Positions 38,790 to 48,313 of a stretch of DNA of 64,000 nucleotides are shown here, piece by piece. The notes below the pieces were generated by a model. The model had not been told where the DNA came from, did not search any database, and saw only the letters and a program-made list of their open reading frames with translations. Each line of letters begins with the position of its first letter. Position 1 is the stretch's first letter. Position numbers and translations under genes: made by a program. Source of the stretch: an uncultured Gammaproteobacteria bacterium. Its GTDB lineage: Bacteria; Patescibacteriota; Patescibacteriia; Patescibacteriales; UBA12465. The stretch is taken from NCBI GenBank assembly GCA_964587195.1, contig CAZPKN010000001.1, forward strand, positions 341 to 64,340. The letters run 5' to 3'.

Positions 38790-40382
38790 TTAATTTTTAA
38801 AATAAATTAATGCCGTGCCGTCCTCATAAATTTTTTCCCAATCCGCAGCGCTATTTAAATAATCGCGCAAATAATTATTGACTTTTAAATCCTCGTCACT
38901 AATCCTAAAAAATATTTTTTCCCATTTCTTGATATTTAAAGGCTTATCTTTGGCCGGTAAAAGCGCGAGACGGATGTCATATTGGGCAAACTTAGCCGCC
39001 TTATCAACGTCTTTCTTAAAAAACTCTTTATATTCCTCGATAAAGGTTTTCCCGGCGAAAGGCGCTTGAGGCAAACGTCCGTCAATAAATAATTGCCTTT
39101 CCGGATAGACCCAAATCAAATAGCCGCCCCAATTATAATCATTAAATATTTTATAATCATCATACTCTCTATTGTCGTGTAAAAATTTAACAGCCTGACA
39201 AGGAAACTGGCCGCAAAAACCTATAAATGGCTGCTTCTGATAAGGAACAGAAATGGCTAGGCTAATAATAGACAAGCTTAAACAAAGAACCAGTAAGCCT
39301 CTAATTTTTATGTTTGAACCGGCTTTTTTAATCGCTTCCCAATTAAATAGATTAACCAAAATATGAATAAAAAACGGGAAAGTTGCTGCTAGCGCTAAGG
39401 GGAAGTTGCGCTCAGACTTAAAAGCGAGAATTAAAAAAAGGATAAACAAAGAGAATTGCCACCAATTTAACTTGATCTCTTTGCGCCTTACTACTTCATA
39501 TAGATATAGCAGCCAAGCCGCGCTCAAGAGTCCTAAATAAATTAGTTTTAGATATCCGATCGGAAAAGCGTAAAGCGGCAGCCATTCGGCAATTAAACCT
39601 AAATAAGCCGTATTTTTGTATTCACCTAAAAAAGCGTACAAGCTAGCTCCGTAAGGGTTAACAAGAGTTGCGCCTACGGCTAAAATTAAAAACCAAGAAG
39701 CGATTAGTAAATCTTTGCTTAATAATTTGCTCGACTCTAAATAACCGTTAATTTTTCTTATCCTGCTTAATAACTTTTGGGACAATTCAATTAATATCCA
39801 AAAAAATAAAATGCTCAGTCCAAATAAAAAACTGCCGTGTATATTAACCCAAACCAGAAAAAGCGGGATTAGCCAGACTAGTACTCGCTTGTCAGCCCGA
39901 CTACGAAAATCATTAATAATTATTAATTCTAAAAATAGAAAAAGCACACTAAGCTCTTGCATTCTAACCCCAAAATGCGGCAAACAGGCGTAGAGTCCGA
40001 GTAGTTGGAAAATTGCTATAGGTAAACTCGCCGCCGCTCCGACTAACCGGCGCGTATAGATATTAAGAAAAATAAGAAATACAACAATTACTAAAGCAAA
40101 TAAAATACTAAGGACTAAATAATTTAAATTAGTATAAATTTCAAAAGATAGCCAATCTATCAACCATTCATGATTAACCCAATCGCCAGAAAAAGTATAA
40201 TTATAAAAGTTCTCGCGAGACACTTCTCCGGTCAAGGAGATATGCTCACCGGCTTTTAGATGCCAGCCTAAATCTGGGTCTAGATAAGAATAAGAATTCT
40301 TAAATAAAATAACAAAAACCAATAAATAGAAGAAAAACCAAATAATCCTGGAAAATTTTATTTTTTTACCGAATATTAACAT
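38790..40382 (-). CDS. large polytopic membrane protein (possible glycosyltransferase-like / envelope biogenesis)
   Basis: 530 aa with more than 12 TM helices and a C-terminal soluble domain. No firm family. Confidence 0.4.
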   Translation of the reverse strand: MLIFGKKIKFSRIIWFFFYLLVFVILFKNSYSYLDPDLGWHLKAGEHISLTGEVSRENFYNYTFSGDWVNHEWLIDWLSFEIYTNLNYLVLSILFALVIVVFLIFLNIYTRRLVGAAASLPIAIFQLLGLYACLPHFGVRMQELSVLFLFLELIIINDFRSRADKRVLVWLIPLFLVWVNIHGSFLFGLSILFFWILIELSQKLLSRIRKINGYLESSKLLSKDLLIASWFLILAVGATLVNPYGASLYAFLGEYKNTAYLGLIAEWLPLYAFPIGYLKLIYLGLLSAAWLLYLYEVVRRKEIKLNWWQFSLFILFLILAFKSERNFPLALAATFPFFIHILVNLFNWEAIKKAGSNIKIRGLLVLCLSLSIISLAISVPYQKQPFIGFCGQFPCQAVKFLHDNREYDDYKIFNDYNWGGYLIWVYPERQLFIDGRLPQAPFAGKTFIEEYKEFFKKDVDKAAKFAQYDIRLALLPAKDKPLNIKKWEKIFFRISDEDLKVNNYLRDYLNSAADWEKIYEDGTALIYFKN

Positions 40383-40514
40383 AACTACTCCTAAAAACTA
40401 GTCTTATTATTATATTTTAACATGTTGTTTTTTATTTGTCTTGTTTTGAATTTTATGCTAAACTTATTAGTATAAAATGAATAAATCATTAATCTTAGAG
40501 AAGGGGGGTGAAAT

Positions 40515-40910
40515 ATGAAAAAAATATCAAAACACTTACTATCTTTAGCCATAGTTTCTTTATTGGTTTTACCAGTATTCGCCTTAAATGTTCACGCTCA
40601 AGATGACAACCCAATTACCAATGGCATAACAGCTGTCGAAAGTAAATTCAATGGCGTTTTAGGATCTACTAATACCGACCCCCGAGAAGTAATCGCTAGT
40701 ATTATCAATATTGCCCTAGGATTTCTTGGGATAATCGCGGTAGGAATCGTTTTAATCGGCGGTTTTAAATGGATGACGGCGGCTGGAAACGAAGATAAAG
40801 TCGAAGAAGCTAAGAAAATTCTTGGCGCTGGCGTTATCGGTTTAGTTATCGTTTTATCCGCTTGGGCTCTAGCATCATACGTCATTAACACTATCCAAAA
40901 CGAAATATAG
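40515..40910 (+). CDS. TrbC/VirB2-like pilin-family small secreted membrane protein (paralog 1 of 6)
   Basis: Signal peptide plus conserved core IINIALGFLGIIAVGIVLIGGFKWMTAAGNEDKVEEAKKILGAGVIGLVIVLSAWALASYV. Confidence 0.55.
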   Translation: MKKISKHLLSLAIVSLLVLPVFALNVHAQDDNPITNGITAVESKFNGVLGSTNTDPREVIASIINIALGFLGIIAVGIVLIGGFKWMTAAGNEDKVEEAKKILGAGVIGLVIVLSAWALASYVINTIQNEI

Positions 40911-41013
40911 CTCTACAAAATAAGTAGTCCTCATTATCTAATGGGGATTGCTATTTTGGGCTCTAAACAACTTTACTTATTTTGAGCCCAAAGTAGTGAT
41001 TAATCTTATTTTT

Positions 41014-41433
41014 ATGTTAAAAAAAATTGTTTTAACGGTTTTTTTAAGCTTCCTATTAGGCGGTCTTTTACTTGGTTTTTGTACAAATCCGGCTAGTGCT
41101 CAAGAAGAAAATTATGGCCTTAATGCTACCGCCGGCCAAATAGACGCTTTCAAAGAACAAGTAAATAATTCAACTCTTCCTGAAAATTTTATCCAAACTC
41201 GCGCCGGAGAAGTTATCGGCTTCGTACTCTCGCTGGTCGGTATTCTTTTTCTAGGCTTAATGATTTACGCTGGATTGCTCTGGATGACTGCTCAAGGCAA
41301 TGAACAAAAGGTAGAAAAAGCTAAAGACTTATTAATTAATGCGGTAGTCGGTTTAATTATTGTCTTCGCCGCTTACGCTATAACTGCCTTTGTCGGTGAG
41401 TTTGTTAGTAAAGAGTTATTAGCTTCTAAATAG
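41014..41433 (+). CDS. TrbC/VirB2-like pilin-family protein (paralog 2)
   Basis: Same core (LWMTAQGNEQKVEKAKDLLINAVVGLIIVFAAYAIT). Start set at MLKKIVL, so the ORF-track upstream extension is rejected. Confidence 0.55.
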   Translation: MLKKIVLTVFLSFLLGGLLLGFCTNPASAQEENYGLNATAGQIDAFKEQVNNSTLPENFIQTRAGEVIGFVLSLVGILFLGLMIYAGLLWMTAQGNEQKVEKAKDLLINAVVGLIIVFAAYAITAFVGEFVSKELLASK

Positions 41434-41441
41434 CAAAAACA

Positions 41442-41876
41442 TTGACCTTCATGTCTAGACTTTCTATTCATTATTCAAAACTAACTTATTTAAAAAAGGC
41501 TTTTTTAGTTGGTTTTTGCTTACTCGGATTATCTTTATTGAGCTTAACGGCGTCGGCCTATGAATTTAAAAGTGACAGCGGACTCTCAACTACTGGGAAA
41601 GCAGCGGGATATAACGAAGGCGCAACGCCTGATCCGGCCGTAATAGCCGGACAAGTTGTTCAGGCAGTTTTAAGTGTTTTAGGGATAGTTTTTCTCGCTT
41701 TTATGATTTACGCCGGGATAACTTGGATGACTGCTCAGGGCGATGACCAAAAATCCATGAAAGCCAAAAGAGTCATTGAAGGCGCTATAACCGGCCTTAT
41801 TATTGTTATCGCCGCTTACGCTATTTCCTACTTTATTATTGGTTATTTTGCCGCTACCGGGACAATAAAAAACTAG
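41442..41876 (+). CDS. TrbC/VirB2-like pilin-family protein (paralog 3)
   Basis: Core ITWMTAQGDDQKSMKAKRVIEGAITGLIIVIAAYAIS. Confidence 0.55.
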   Translation: MTFMSRLSIHYSKLTYLKKAFLVGFCLLGLSLLSLTASAYEFKSDSGLSTTGKAAGYNEGATPDPAVIAGQVVQAVLSVLGIVFLAFMIYAGITWMTAQGDDQKSMKAKRVIEGAITGLIIVIAAYAISYFIIGYFAATGTIKN

Positions 41877-41883
41877 ATAATAT

Positions 41884-42267
41884 ATGAAGTCTTTATCAAA
41901 AAAAATAATTACCGCTTTATTTTTCATATTTGTTATGTCCGCTTCTTCGGCTCTAGCTCAAGGAGGCATAGAGTCAGCTTTTGATAACGCAAAAACAGTC
42001 GCCAGCAGCTCTGGTTATGTCGAGCAATCGGTTAATACCTTAGCTGGGGATATTATTCGCCTGGCCTTAACAATTCTCGGGACTTTATTTGTAGTTTTTA
42101 TAATTTATGCCGGATTTCTCTGGTTAACCGCTGCCGGCAACGAACAAAGAGTTGATAAGGCTAAAAAAATAATTTTTGAATCAACTATCGGCCTAATTAT
42201 CGTTATCGCCGCCTACGCTATAACTTACTTTATTGTTTCCGCCTTCAAAGGGCAGATTAACCTTTAA
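41884..42267 (+). CDS. TrbC/VirB2-like pilin-family protein (paralog 4)
   Basis: Core LWLTAAGNEQRVDKAKKIIFESTIGLIIVIAAYAIT. Confidence 0.55.
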   Translation: MKSLSKKIITALFFIFVMSASSALAQGGIESAFDNAKTVASSSGYVEQSVNTLAGDIIRLALTILGTLFVVFIIYAGFLWLTAAGNEQRVDKAKKIIFESTIGLIIVIAAYAITYFIVSAFKGQINL

Positions 42268-42272
42268 ATATT

Positions 42273-42665
42273 ATGAAAAAACATTTTAAAACTGTATCAT
42301 CCCTGCTAATAATGATAGTTATATTAGTTTTACCTTATTTTGTATTTGGACAGAGCGCTGGGACGGAAGACGGTATGCTAGGCAGATTAAATACCGTCGC
42401 TAAAACTGGCGGATATGTAACTGGTGGTGAGAGCGAGCTAGCTTATACAATTGGCTTAATCATTCAGGTTGTTCTCGGACTTTTAGGCGCCATCTTCATT
42501 ATTCTTATGGTTTATGCCGGCTATACCTGGATGACAGCCGCTGGAAACGAACCAAAAATAGACAAAGCTAAAGACATGATACAAACGGCGATTATCGGCT
42601 TAGTTATAGTTTTATCATCTTGGGCAATTTGGACATTTATTTTCACTAATTTCATTAGTAAATAA
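42273..42665 (+). CDS. TrbC/VirB2-like pilin-family protein (paralog 5)
   Basis: Core TWMTAAGNEPKIDKAKDMIQTAIIGLVIVLSSWAIW. Confidence 0.55.
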   Translation: MKKHFKTVSSLLIMIVILVLPYFVFGQSAGTEDGMLGRLNTVAKTGGYVTGGESELAYTIGLIIQVVLGLLGAIFIILMVYAGYTWMTAAGNEPKIDKAKDMIQTAIIGLVIVLSSWAIWTFIFTNFISK

Positions 42666-42691
42666 AAGCCCATTTTTTAATACAGATATAT

Positions 42692-43123
42692 ATGAAAAAA
42701 ATTATTAGCTTCTTAATTCTTCTCGGACTAGCGATTGTGATTATTCCTAGTGCTTCGGCTCAACTTATAGATGAAAAAACGCTAGGATACATGAATGATA
42801 TTTCTGGGAGCGTCCAGGAAACCGCCGGTTTCGGAGATGCTTCGGTCGGCAGTATTATTGCCGCTATTATAAGAGCTATTCTCGGACTACTAGCCGCTAT
42901 TTTTATGGTTCTAATGATTCTATCGGGCTTTAGATGGATGACGGCGGCTGGTAATGAAAGTCAGGTAGAAAAAGCTCAGGAAACGATTAAAGCGGCTTTA
43001 ATCGGATTAATAGTTGTTCTAGCTGCCTACGCCATAACCTACTACGTGTTTACCTATCTTCCCTTCAGCGCTGGACAGGCCGGCAGCGAAACGGGCAGCG
43101 GGCTAATAACATCTGGCTCATAG
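42692..43123 (+). CDS. TrbC/VirB2-like pilin-family protein (paralog 6)
   Basis: Core RWMTAAGNESQVEKAQETIKAALIGLIVVLAAYAIT. Confidence 0.55.
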   Translation: MKKIISFLILLGLAIVIIPSASAQLIDEKTLGYMNDISGSVQETAGFGDASVGSIIAAIIRAILGLLAAIFMVLMILSGFRWMTAAGNESQVEKAQETIKAALIGLIVVLAAYAITYYVFTYLPFSAGQAGSETGSGLITSGS

Positions 43124-43190
43124 GGGCCCACGAATAATTCAAATATAAATTTAAAAGGCGGTCTCAAAAGAGATCGCCTTTTTTAACTTT

Positions 43191-43712
43191 TTATCTTCCC
43201 CTGTCCCAAACAGCGTACCAATGCATTTGTTCTCCAAATACATCAGTCAACTCTGAGGATACCCTTAGGATGCTTTCTCCTTCCTTGCGGCCCCTCACAT
43301 AAACGATGCAGAGATATTCTCCTGGCAACAGATACTTTGTAATTTGCTGCCCGGGAGCGACTATAGAAGAAATGGGGCGGGTTGATGTAACTTTGCCGGT
43401 TCTATCCAGTCGATAGACCTGAAACTGGACATTTTCCCAGCGAGAGAGATTGAGAAGCTTCCCCTCGTACCCCTTCACTGAGTCGGCCATTACCGGCTGG
43501 TTTTCCAGTCTTTTAAAATTTAACTCGGTATACTTGGCCTCGGTCGATTCAACCCTCTGCGTTCTCTGTGCGGCGACGTAATTAGTCACCCGGTGTCTCT
43601 GCAAATCAGTCAGCTTGCCACTAACTTCGGCATAGCTTGCTTTAGTTGAAGCACAAGAGCCCAAGACTCCGACAATAACCGCCAGGACCACAAAAATAAA
43701 ATACTTTTTCAT
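43191..43712 (-). CDS. lipoprotein (hypothetical)
   Basis: Lipobox VLGSCAS. GC-richer than its surroundings. Preceded (in gene orientation) by the conserved ~115-bp promoter/operator element. Confidence 0.45.
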   Translation of the reverse strand: MKKYFIFVVLAVIVGVLGSCASTKASYAEVSGKLTDLQRHRVTNYVAAQRTQRVESTEAKYTELNFKRLENQPVMADSVKGYEGKLLNLSRWENVQFQVYRLDRTGKVTSTRPISSIVAPGQQITKYLLPGEYLCIVYVRGRKEGESILRVSSELTDVFGEQMHWYAVWDRGR

Positions 43713-43790
43713 GATTATTCCCCGCCTTTACCCCGATTATTACTTAATTTATTAAGTTTTCATCGATCTCCGGCGAGGCTCCTTTTTAAA

Positions 43791-43908
43791 GTTAAACATA
43801 TAATAATTACCAGTTTGGCTAATATTAGTAAAACTAGTAATTATTACATGCCAACTTCTTTGTCAAAGATCAATTTGTTAATAAATAATTATATCACAAA
43901 TAAACTAA
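43791..43908 (-). promoter_or_regulatory. conserved ~115-bp upstream element (copy 1), about 85% identical to 58046-58160, with -35/-10 and an inverted-repeat operator-like site
   Basis: The two copies were aligned directly. In gene orientation it contains TTGACA, an ATAATT-like -10, and inverted repeat CAGTTTggctaatattagtAAACTAG. Confidence 0.55.
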
Positions 43909-44047
43909 AAAGTCAAATCTTTTCCCCAGCCTCGGATTGACATTTAATTCTCCCTATGCTATAGTATTCAGTCGAGAAAATCCCTGCTAGATATTATCGA
44001 TATGATAAGGTAGGGATTTTTTATTTGACGCCAACAGCCAAAAATTT

Positions 44048-44713
44048 ATGAAAAAATTAATGCAACTCATTCGCGAGGAGATAGTTCCTCTCAGTAGACG
44101 GCAAAATATAGTCTTATTAACTATTATTGCCTGTATTTTTCAATTTGTTCTTTTCTACGCCCCGGCTTTAGCTGATCAAGCTGTTCAAGAAGCGAGCGCT
44201 CAGGCCATAGAGGAAGAAATGATAGTTGGCGGCGGACTAACTAAAGAATCGGCTATGGATTCTGAAGCCGCTAAACTAAGACCGACGAACGGAATAAATA
44301 CTCCCGAGGCTATGGCAGCTGAAATAGAAATCACTCCGCTCATCGGGCCGGAAAATAAATCATTCGGGCCAGATGTTAAGCCAAGCGATCCTTACCGTGT
44401 CGTTCGAAGTAGTACGCATACTATGACGGCCTATAATTCCGAAGCTGCTCAAACTGATAGTACTCCTTGTATAACCGCTAATGGTTTCGATGTTTGCAAA
44501 CATGGGATTGAAGATACTGTGGCGGCTAATTTTCTACCGATGGGAACGAAGATTAGAATTCCTGATTTATTCGGCGACCGCGTCTTTACCGTTCGCGACC
44601 GCATGAACAAGCGTTATTCGGACAGAGTTGATATTTGGATGATACATAAAACTGATGCTTTAAAATTTGGAGTTAGAAAAGCACGGATTGAAGTTTTAGA
44701 AGAAATAAAATAA
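44048..44713 (+). CDS. 3D-domain protein (MltA/RlpA-like lytic transglycosylase fold)
   Basis: C-terminal 3D-like block ITANGFDVCKHGIEDTVAANFLPMGTKIRIPDLFGDRVFTVRDRMNKRYSDRVDIWM with the conserved Asp residues. N-terminal TM helix. Confidence 0.5.
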   Translation: MKKLMQLIREEIVPLSRRQNIVLLTIIACIFQFVLFYAPALADQAVQEASAQAIEEEMIVGGGLTKESAMDSEAAKLRPTNGINTPEAMAAEIEITPLIGPENKSFGPDVKPSDPYRVVRSSTHTMTAYNSEAAQTDSTPCITANGFDVCKHGIEDTVAANFLPMGTKIRIPDLFGDRVFTVRDRMNKRYSDRVDIWMIHKTDALKFGVRKARIEVLEEIK

Positions 44714-44745
44714 GATAATTTTTAAGTTACATAAACAAAAACACC

Positions 44746-44781
44746 GTCAGCCTAGCGCTAACGGTGTTTTTGTTATCCGGA
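44746..44781. terminator. bidirectional rho-independent terminator between convergent genes
   Basis: aaaaacaccgtcagcctagcgctaacggtgtttttg. Confidence 0.6.
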
Positions 44782-44800
44782 AATATACTAAACTCACGCT

Positions 44801-47212
44801 TTAAACAAATAGACCTAAAATACCGCGACTCCAGCGCAATTTCTTTTCCTTTTTAGAAATAGCCATAGTCGTGGAAATAACCGTATCAGGATTTAACGAT
44901 AAGCTATCAATTCCGGCTTCGACTAAAAACTCAGCGAAATCCGGGAAATCGCTCGGCCCCTGGCCACAAATCCCAACTTTACGTTTATTTTTTTTAGCAA
45001 CTTTAATTAAAGATTTAATTAGCTCTTTGACTGCTTCATTTTTTTCATTAGAGACACCTTCGACTTTTAAGCTTCCGCCTGAATCTCTGTCTATGCCTAA
45101 AGTCAGCTGAGTTAAATCATTAGAGCCAATCGAAAAACCATCAAAAATCTTACAGAATTTCTCCGCTAGAATTATGTTAGCCGGGATTTCTGCCATGACA
45201 TAGATTTCTAAACCCTTTTCGCCGCGCTTTAAACCATTTTGTGCCATAATTTCCTGAACCTTTGTTCCTTCTTCAATGGTTCGACAAAATGGAACCATAA
45301 CTTTTAAATTAGTTAGGCCCATTTTTTCCCTAACTTTTTTAATCGCTTTGCATTCTAATTTAAAAGCTGGTAAAAATTGCGACGAATAGTAGCGGGAAGC
45401 GCCGCGAAAACCAATCATGGGGTTAGATTCAATCGGCTCATATTCCTGTCCGCCAATTAAATTCGCGTATTCGTTAGTCTTGAAATCGCTTAAACGAACA
45501 ATGACATCTTTCGGATAAAAAGCGGCCGCGATTCTCGCCATTCCTTGCGCTAACCGGTCGACAAAATATTCTGATTTATCTTGATAAGTAAAGGTTAGCT
45601 CGTCAATGGCTTTTTTAACGGCGGAGTTTTTTATTTTTTTATAGTTAACTAAAGCCAACGGATGAATTTTAATGTAGTTATTAATAATAAATTCCAGTCT
45701 GGCTAAACCGACCCCGCTATTTGGAACCATGGAGTTAGAGAAGGCCAACTCCGGCTCACCAATATTCATCATTATTTTGGTTTTGGTTTTACCCAAATCT
45801 TTAATGTTATTTTTTTCAATTCGATAAGGCAAGATTCCTTCATAAACAAAACCGTCTTCTCCGGAAGCGCAATCAATGGTTATTTTCTGATTTTTCTTTA
45901 ATAGCGCTGACGCTTTTCCTGTCCCAACAACACACGGAATACCAAGCTCACGAGAAACAATCGCCGCATGGCAGGTTCGTCCGCCCTTATCGGTAACAAT
46001 GGCCGCCGCAATTTTCATAATCGGCTCCCAATCTGGGTCAGTCATATCCGTAACTAGCACCTGACCAGGCTTAAACGAACTAATTTCCTTAACATCCATA
46101 ATACGGTTAACCTGCCCAGCGCCAATCTTATTACCAACGCTCTGGCCCTGAATAATTAACTTTGATTTTTTCTCTAATTTATAAGTTTCTATCAGTTGCC
46201 AGTCTTTTTGACTTTGAACAGTTTCTGGTCTAGCCTGAGTAATAAACGACTCCCCAGTTCGACCATCAACAGCAAATTCAATATCCATGGGGCGCTTATA
46301 ATGTTCTTCAATAATCATTCCCCATTTAGCCAGCTCAATAACCTGCTTATCATTTAAAGATGGTTTATACTGCTCACTAACGGGAATTTTAACGTCTTTA
46401 ACAGGTTTTTTCCCTTTCTGATTATAGACCATTTTAATGTCCTTGCGGCCCAAAATTTTAGAAATTATTGCTCCGGTTGGCTTAAAAACATAGAATTCAT
46501 CGGGGGTAACTTTCCCCTGAACAATATTTTCCCCCAAACCGAAGATGGAGTTAATTAAAACAGCATTAGAAAATCCCGATTCAGTATCAATAGTAAACAT
46601 CACCCCGGAAGAACCTAAATCGGCGCGGACCATTTTCTGGACGCCGACTGACAGCGCGATGGAAAAGTGATCAAACTTCTTATCAACGCGATAAGAAATC
46701 GCTCGATTAGTGAATAAAGAAGCGATACATTTTTTAACGGCCAAGAGAATCGCTTTCTCGCCACTGACGTTTAAGAATGTTTCCTGCTGACCAGCGAAAG
46801 AAGCGTCAGGCAAGTCTTCAGCAGTTGCGCTAGAACGAACCGCAACGTCGACATTTTTCATTTTATATTTAGCCGATAATTTTTTGTAAGCCAACACTAC
46901 TTCTCGAGAAAAATCGGCCGGCATTTTTGAACTAATAATCAGCTTTCTAATGGCGGCGCCGCGCTTCATTAAATCATTAACATTTTTAGTGTCCAGCCCT
47001 TTTAAAATTTCTTTAATTTTCTTCTTTAAGCCGGTTGATTCAAGAAAATAATTATAGGCTTCGGCAGTCGTGGCAAAACCATCGGGGATCCTTAAGCCCT
47101 TCTTAGTTAAATTAACATACATTTCTCCTAAAGAAGCATTCTTTCCGCCGACTTGGGGGACGTCTTTAATGCCTAATTCTGAAAAAAACTTAATGAATTT
47201 TAATTGGGACAT
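44801..47212 (-). CDS. ppsA: phosphoenolpyruvate synthase (PEP-utilising enzyme)
   Basis: 803 aa. N-terminal ATP-grasp domain (DVPQVGGKNASLGEM), phospho-His domain (GGRTCHAAIVSRELGIPCVVG), C-terminal PEP-binding TIM barrel. Confidence 0.8.
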   Translation of the reverse strand: MSQLKFIKFFSELGIKDVPQVGGKNASLGEMYVNLTKKGLRIPDGFATTAEAYNYFLESTGLKKKIKEILKGLDTKNVNDLMKRGAAIRKLIISSKMPADFSREVVLAYKKLSAKYKMKNVDVAVRSSATAEDLPDASFAGQQETFLNVSGEKAILLAVKKCIASLFTNRAISYRVDKKFDHFSIALSVGVQKMVRADLGSSGVMFTIDTESGFSNAVLINSIFGLGENIVQGKVTPDEFYVFKPTGAIISKILGRKDIKMVYNQKGKKPVKDVKIPVSEQYKPSLNDKQVIELAKWGMIIEEHYKRPMDIEFAVDGRTGESFITQARPETVQSQKDWQLIETYKLEKKSKLIIQGQSVGNKIGAGQVNRIMDVKEISSFKPGQVLVTDMTDPDWEPIMKIAAAIVTDKGGRTCHAAIVSRELGIPCVVGTGKASALLKKNQKITIDCASGEDGFVYEGILPYRIEKNNIKDLGKTKTKIMMNIGEPELAFSNSMVPNSGVGLARLEFIINNYIKIHPLALVNYKKIKNSAVKKAIDELTFTYQDKSEYFVDRLAQGMARIAAAFYPKDVIVRLSDFKTNEYANLIGGQEYEPIESNPMIGFRGASRYYSSQFLPAFKLECKAIKKVREKMGLTNLKVMVPFCRTIEEGTKVQEIMAQNGLKRGEKGLEIYVMAEIPANIILAEKFCKIFDGFSIGSNDLTQLTLGIDRDSGGSLKVEGVSNEKNEAVKELIKSLIKVAKKNKRKVGICGQGPSDFPDFAEFLVEAGIDSLSLNPDTVISTTMAISKKEKKLRWSRGILGLFV

Positions 47213-47305
47213 AAAATAGTTAAAATTATAATTTTATGTTCTCATTATAACACAATCTTTACATTATTATAATAATCGTTTATGATATTGATGTTCGAAG
47301 AATAC

Positions 47306-47387
47306 GCGGACGTGGCGAAATTGGTAGACGCACTTGGCTTAGGACCAAGCGGGGCAACTCTTGAGAGTTCGAGTCTCTCCGTCCGCA
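47306..47387 (+). tRNA. tRNA-Leu (anticodon TAG), long variable arm
   Basis: GCGGACGTGGCGAAATTGGTAGACGCACTTGGCTTAGGACCAAGCGGGGCAACTCTTGAGAGTTCGAGTCTCTCCGTCCGCA. Terminator hairpin follows. No GC-rich module at this tRNA. Confidence 0.8.
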
Positions 47388-47494
47388 CCCATAAAAAGCG
47401 ATTGCTATTAAGTAACCGCTTTTTTGTAAAAACTTTCTTTCTTAACATTTCTCCGGACATTGCGGATGAGTTATAAAACTGCTAAAATTCAAGT

Positions 47495-48313
47495 ATGATT
47501 ACCTGGCTACATACCTTCTACCCACAAGCGATTATGTTAAATTTAGGGCCTATCACTATCTATTGGTATGGCCTCTTCATTGTTCTGGGAATAAGCGCCG
47601 CTTTATTGGTAACTCTAAAAATCGCCCGATATTACCAGCTAAACCGGGACATAGTTTTTGATATTTCTTTTTGGTTGATTATCAACGGCCTAATCGGCGC
47701 CCGTTTATACGAAGTTCTTTTAGAGTTCCCCTATTACCTTTCAAATCCTCTTAGTGTTTTCAAGGTTTGGGAAGGCGGACTAGCAATCCACGGCGCTATG
47801 CTGGCCGGGATATTAACCATTATTTATTTTGCTCGTAAAGAAAAAATTTCTTTCTGGACATTAAGCGCCTTGTTTGTTCCTGGTCTGGCGATTGGCCAAG
47901 CTATCGGCCGCTGGGGAAACTACTTTAACCAAGAACTATTCGGCAGGCCGACTAGACTTCCCTGGGGAATTCCGATTAACATTTTGAATCGCCCCGAAGC
48001 TTATAAGAGTTTTACATTCTTTCATCCAACTTTCTTATATGAAAGCCTAGGACTCATAATTATTTTTATCATCCTTTTAGCCTTAACCTTTATCTTGTTA
48101 AAAGATAAAAAAAATATTTCAAAAGAGCCGTTAATCATTACCTCAACTTATTTAATTCTGGCTTCCGTTTTGCGCTTTTCTTTAGAATACATAAAAGTTG
48201 ATCAGACTCCGCTATTTTTTTCCTGGCGCTGGCCGCAATTTTTTAGCTTGATTATTATTTTATCTGCCATCCTATCATTAATTTTTAATTTCCATGCCAA
48301 CAAAAAAAGATAA
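47495..48313 (+). CDS. lgt: prolipoprotein diacylglyceryl transferase
   Basis: Lgt signature GRWGNYFNQELFGRPTRLPWGI plus multiple TM helices. Confidence 0.85.
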   Translation: MITWLHTFYPQAIMLNLGPITIYWYGLFIVLGISAALLVTLKIARYYQLNRDIVFDISFWLIINGLIGARLYEVLLEFPYYLSNPLSVFKVWEGGLAIHGAMLAGILTIIYFARKEKISFWTLSALFVPGLAIGQAIGRWGNYFNQELFGRPTRLPWGIPINILNRPEAYKSFTFFHPTFLYESLGLIIIFIILLALTFILLKDKKNISKEPLIITSTYLILASVLRFSLEYIKVDQTPLFFSWRWPQFFSLIIILSAILSLIFNFHANKKR

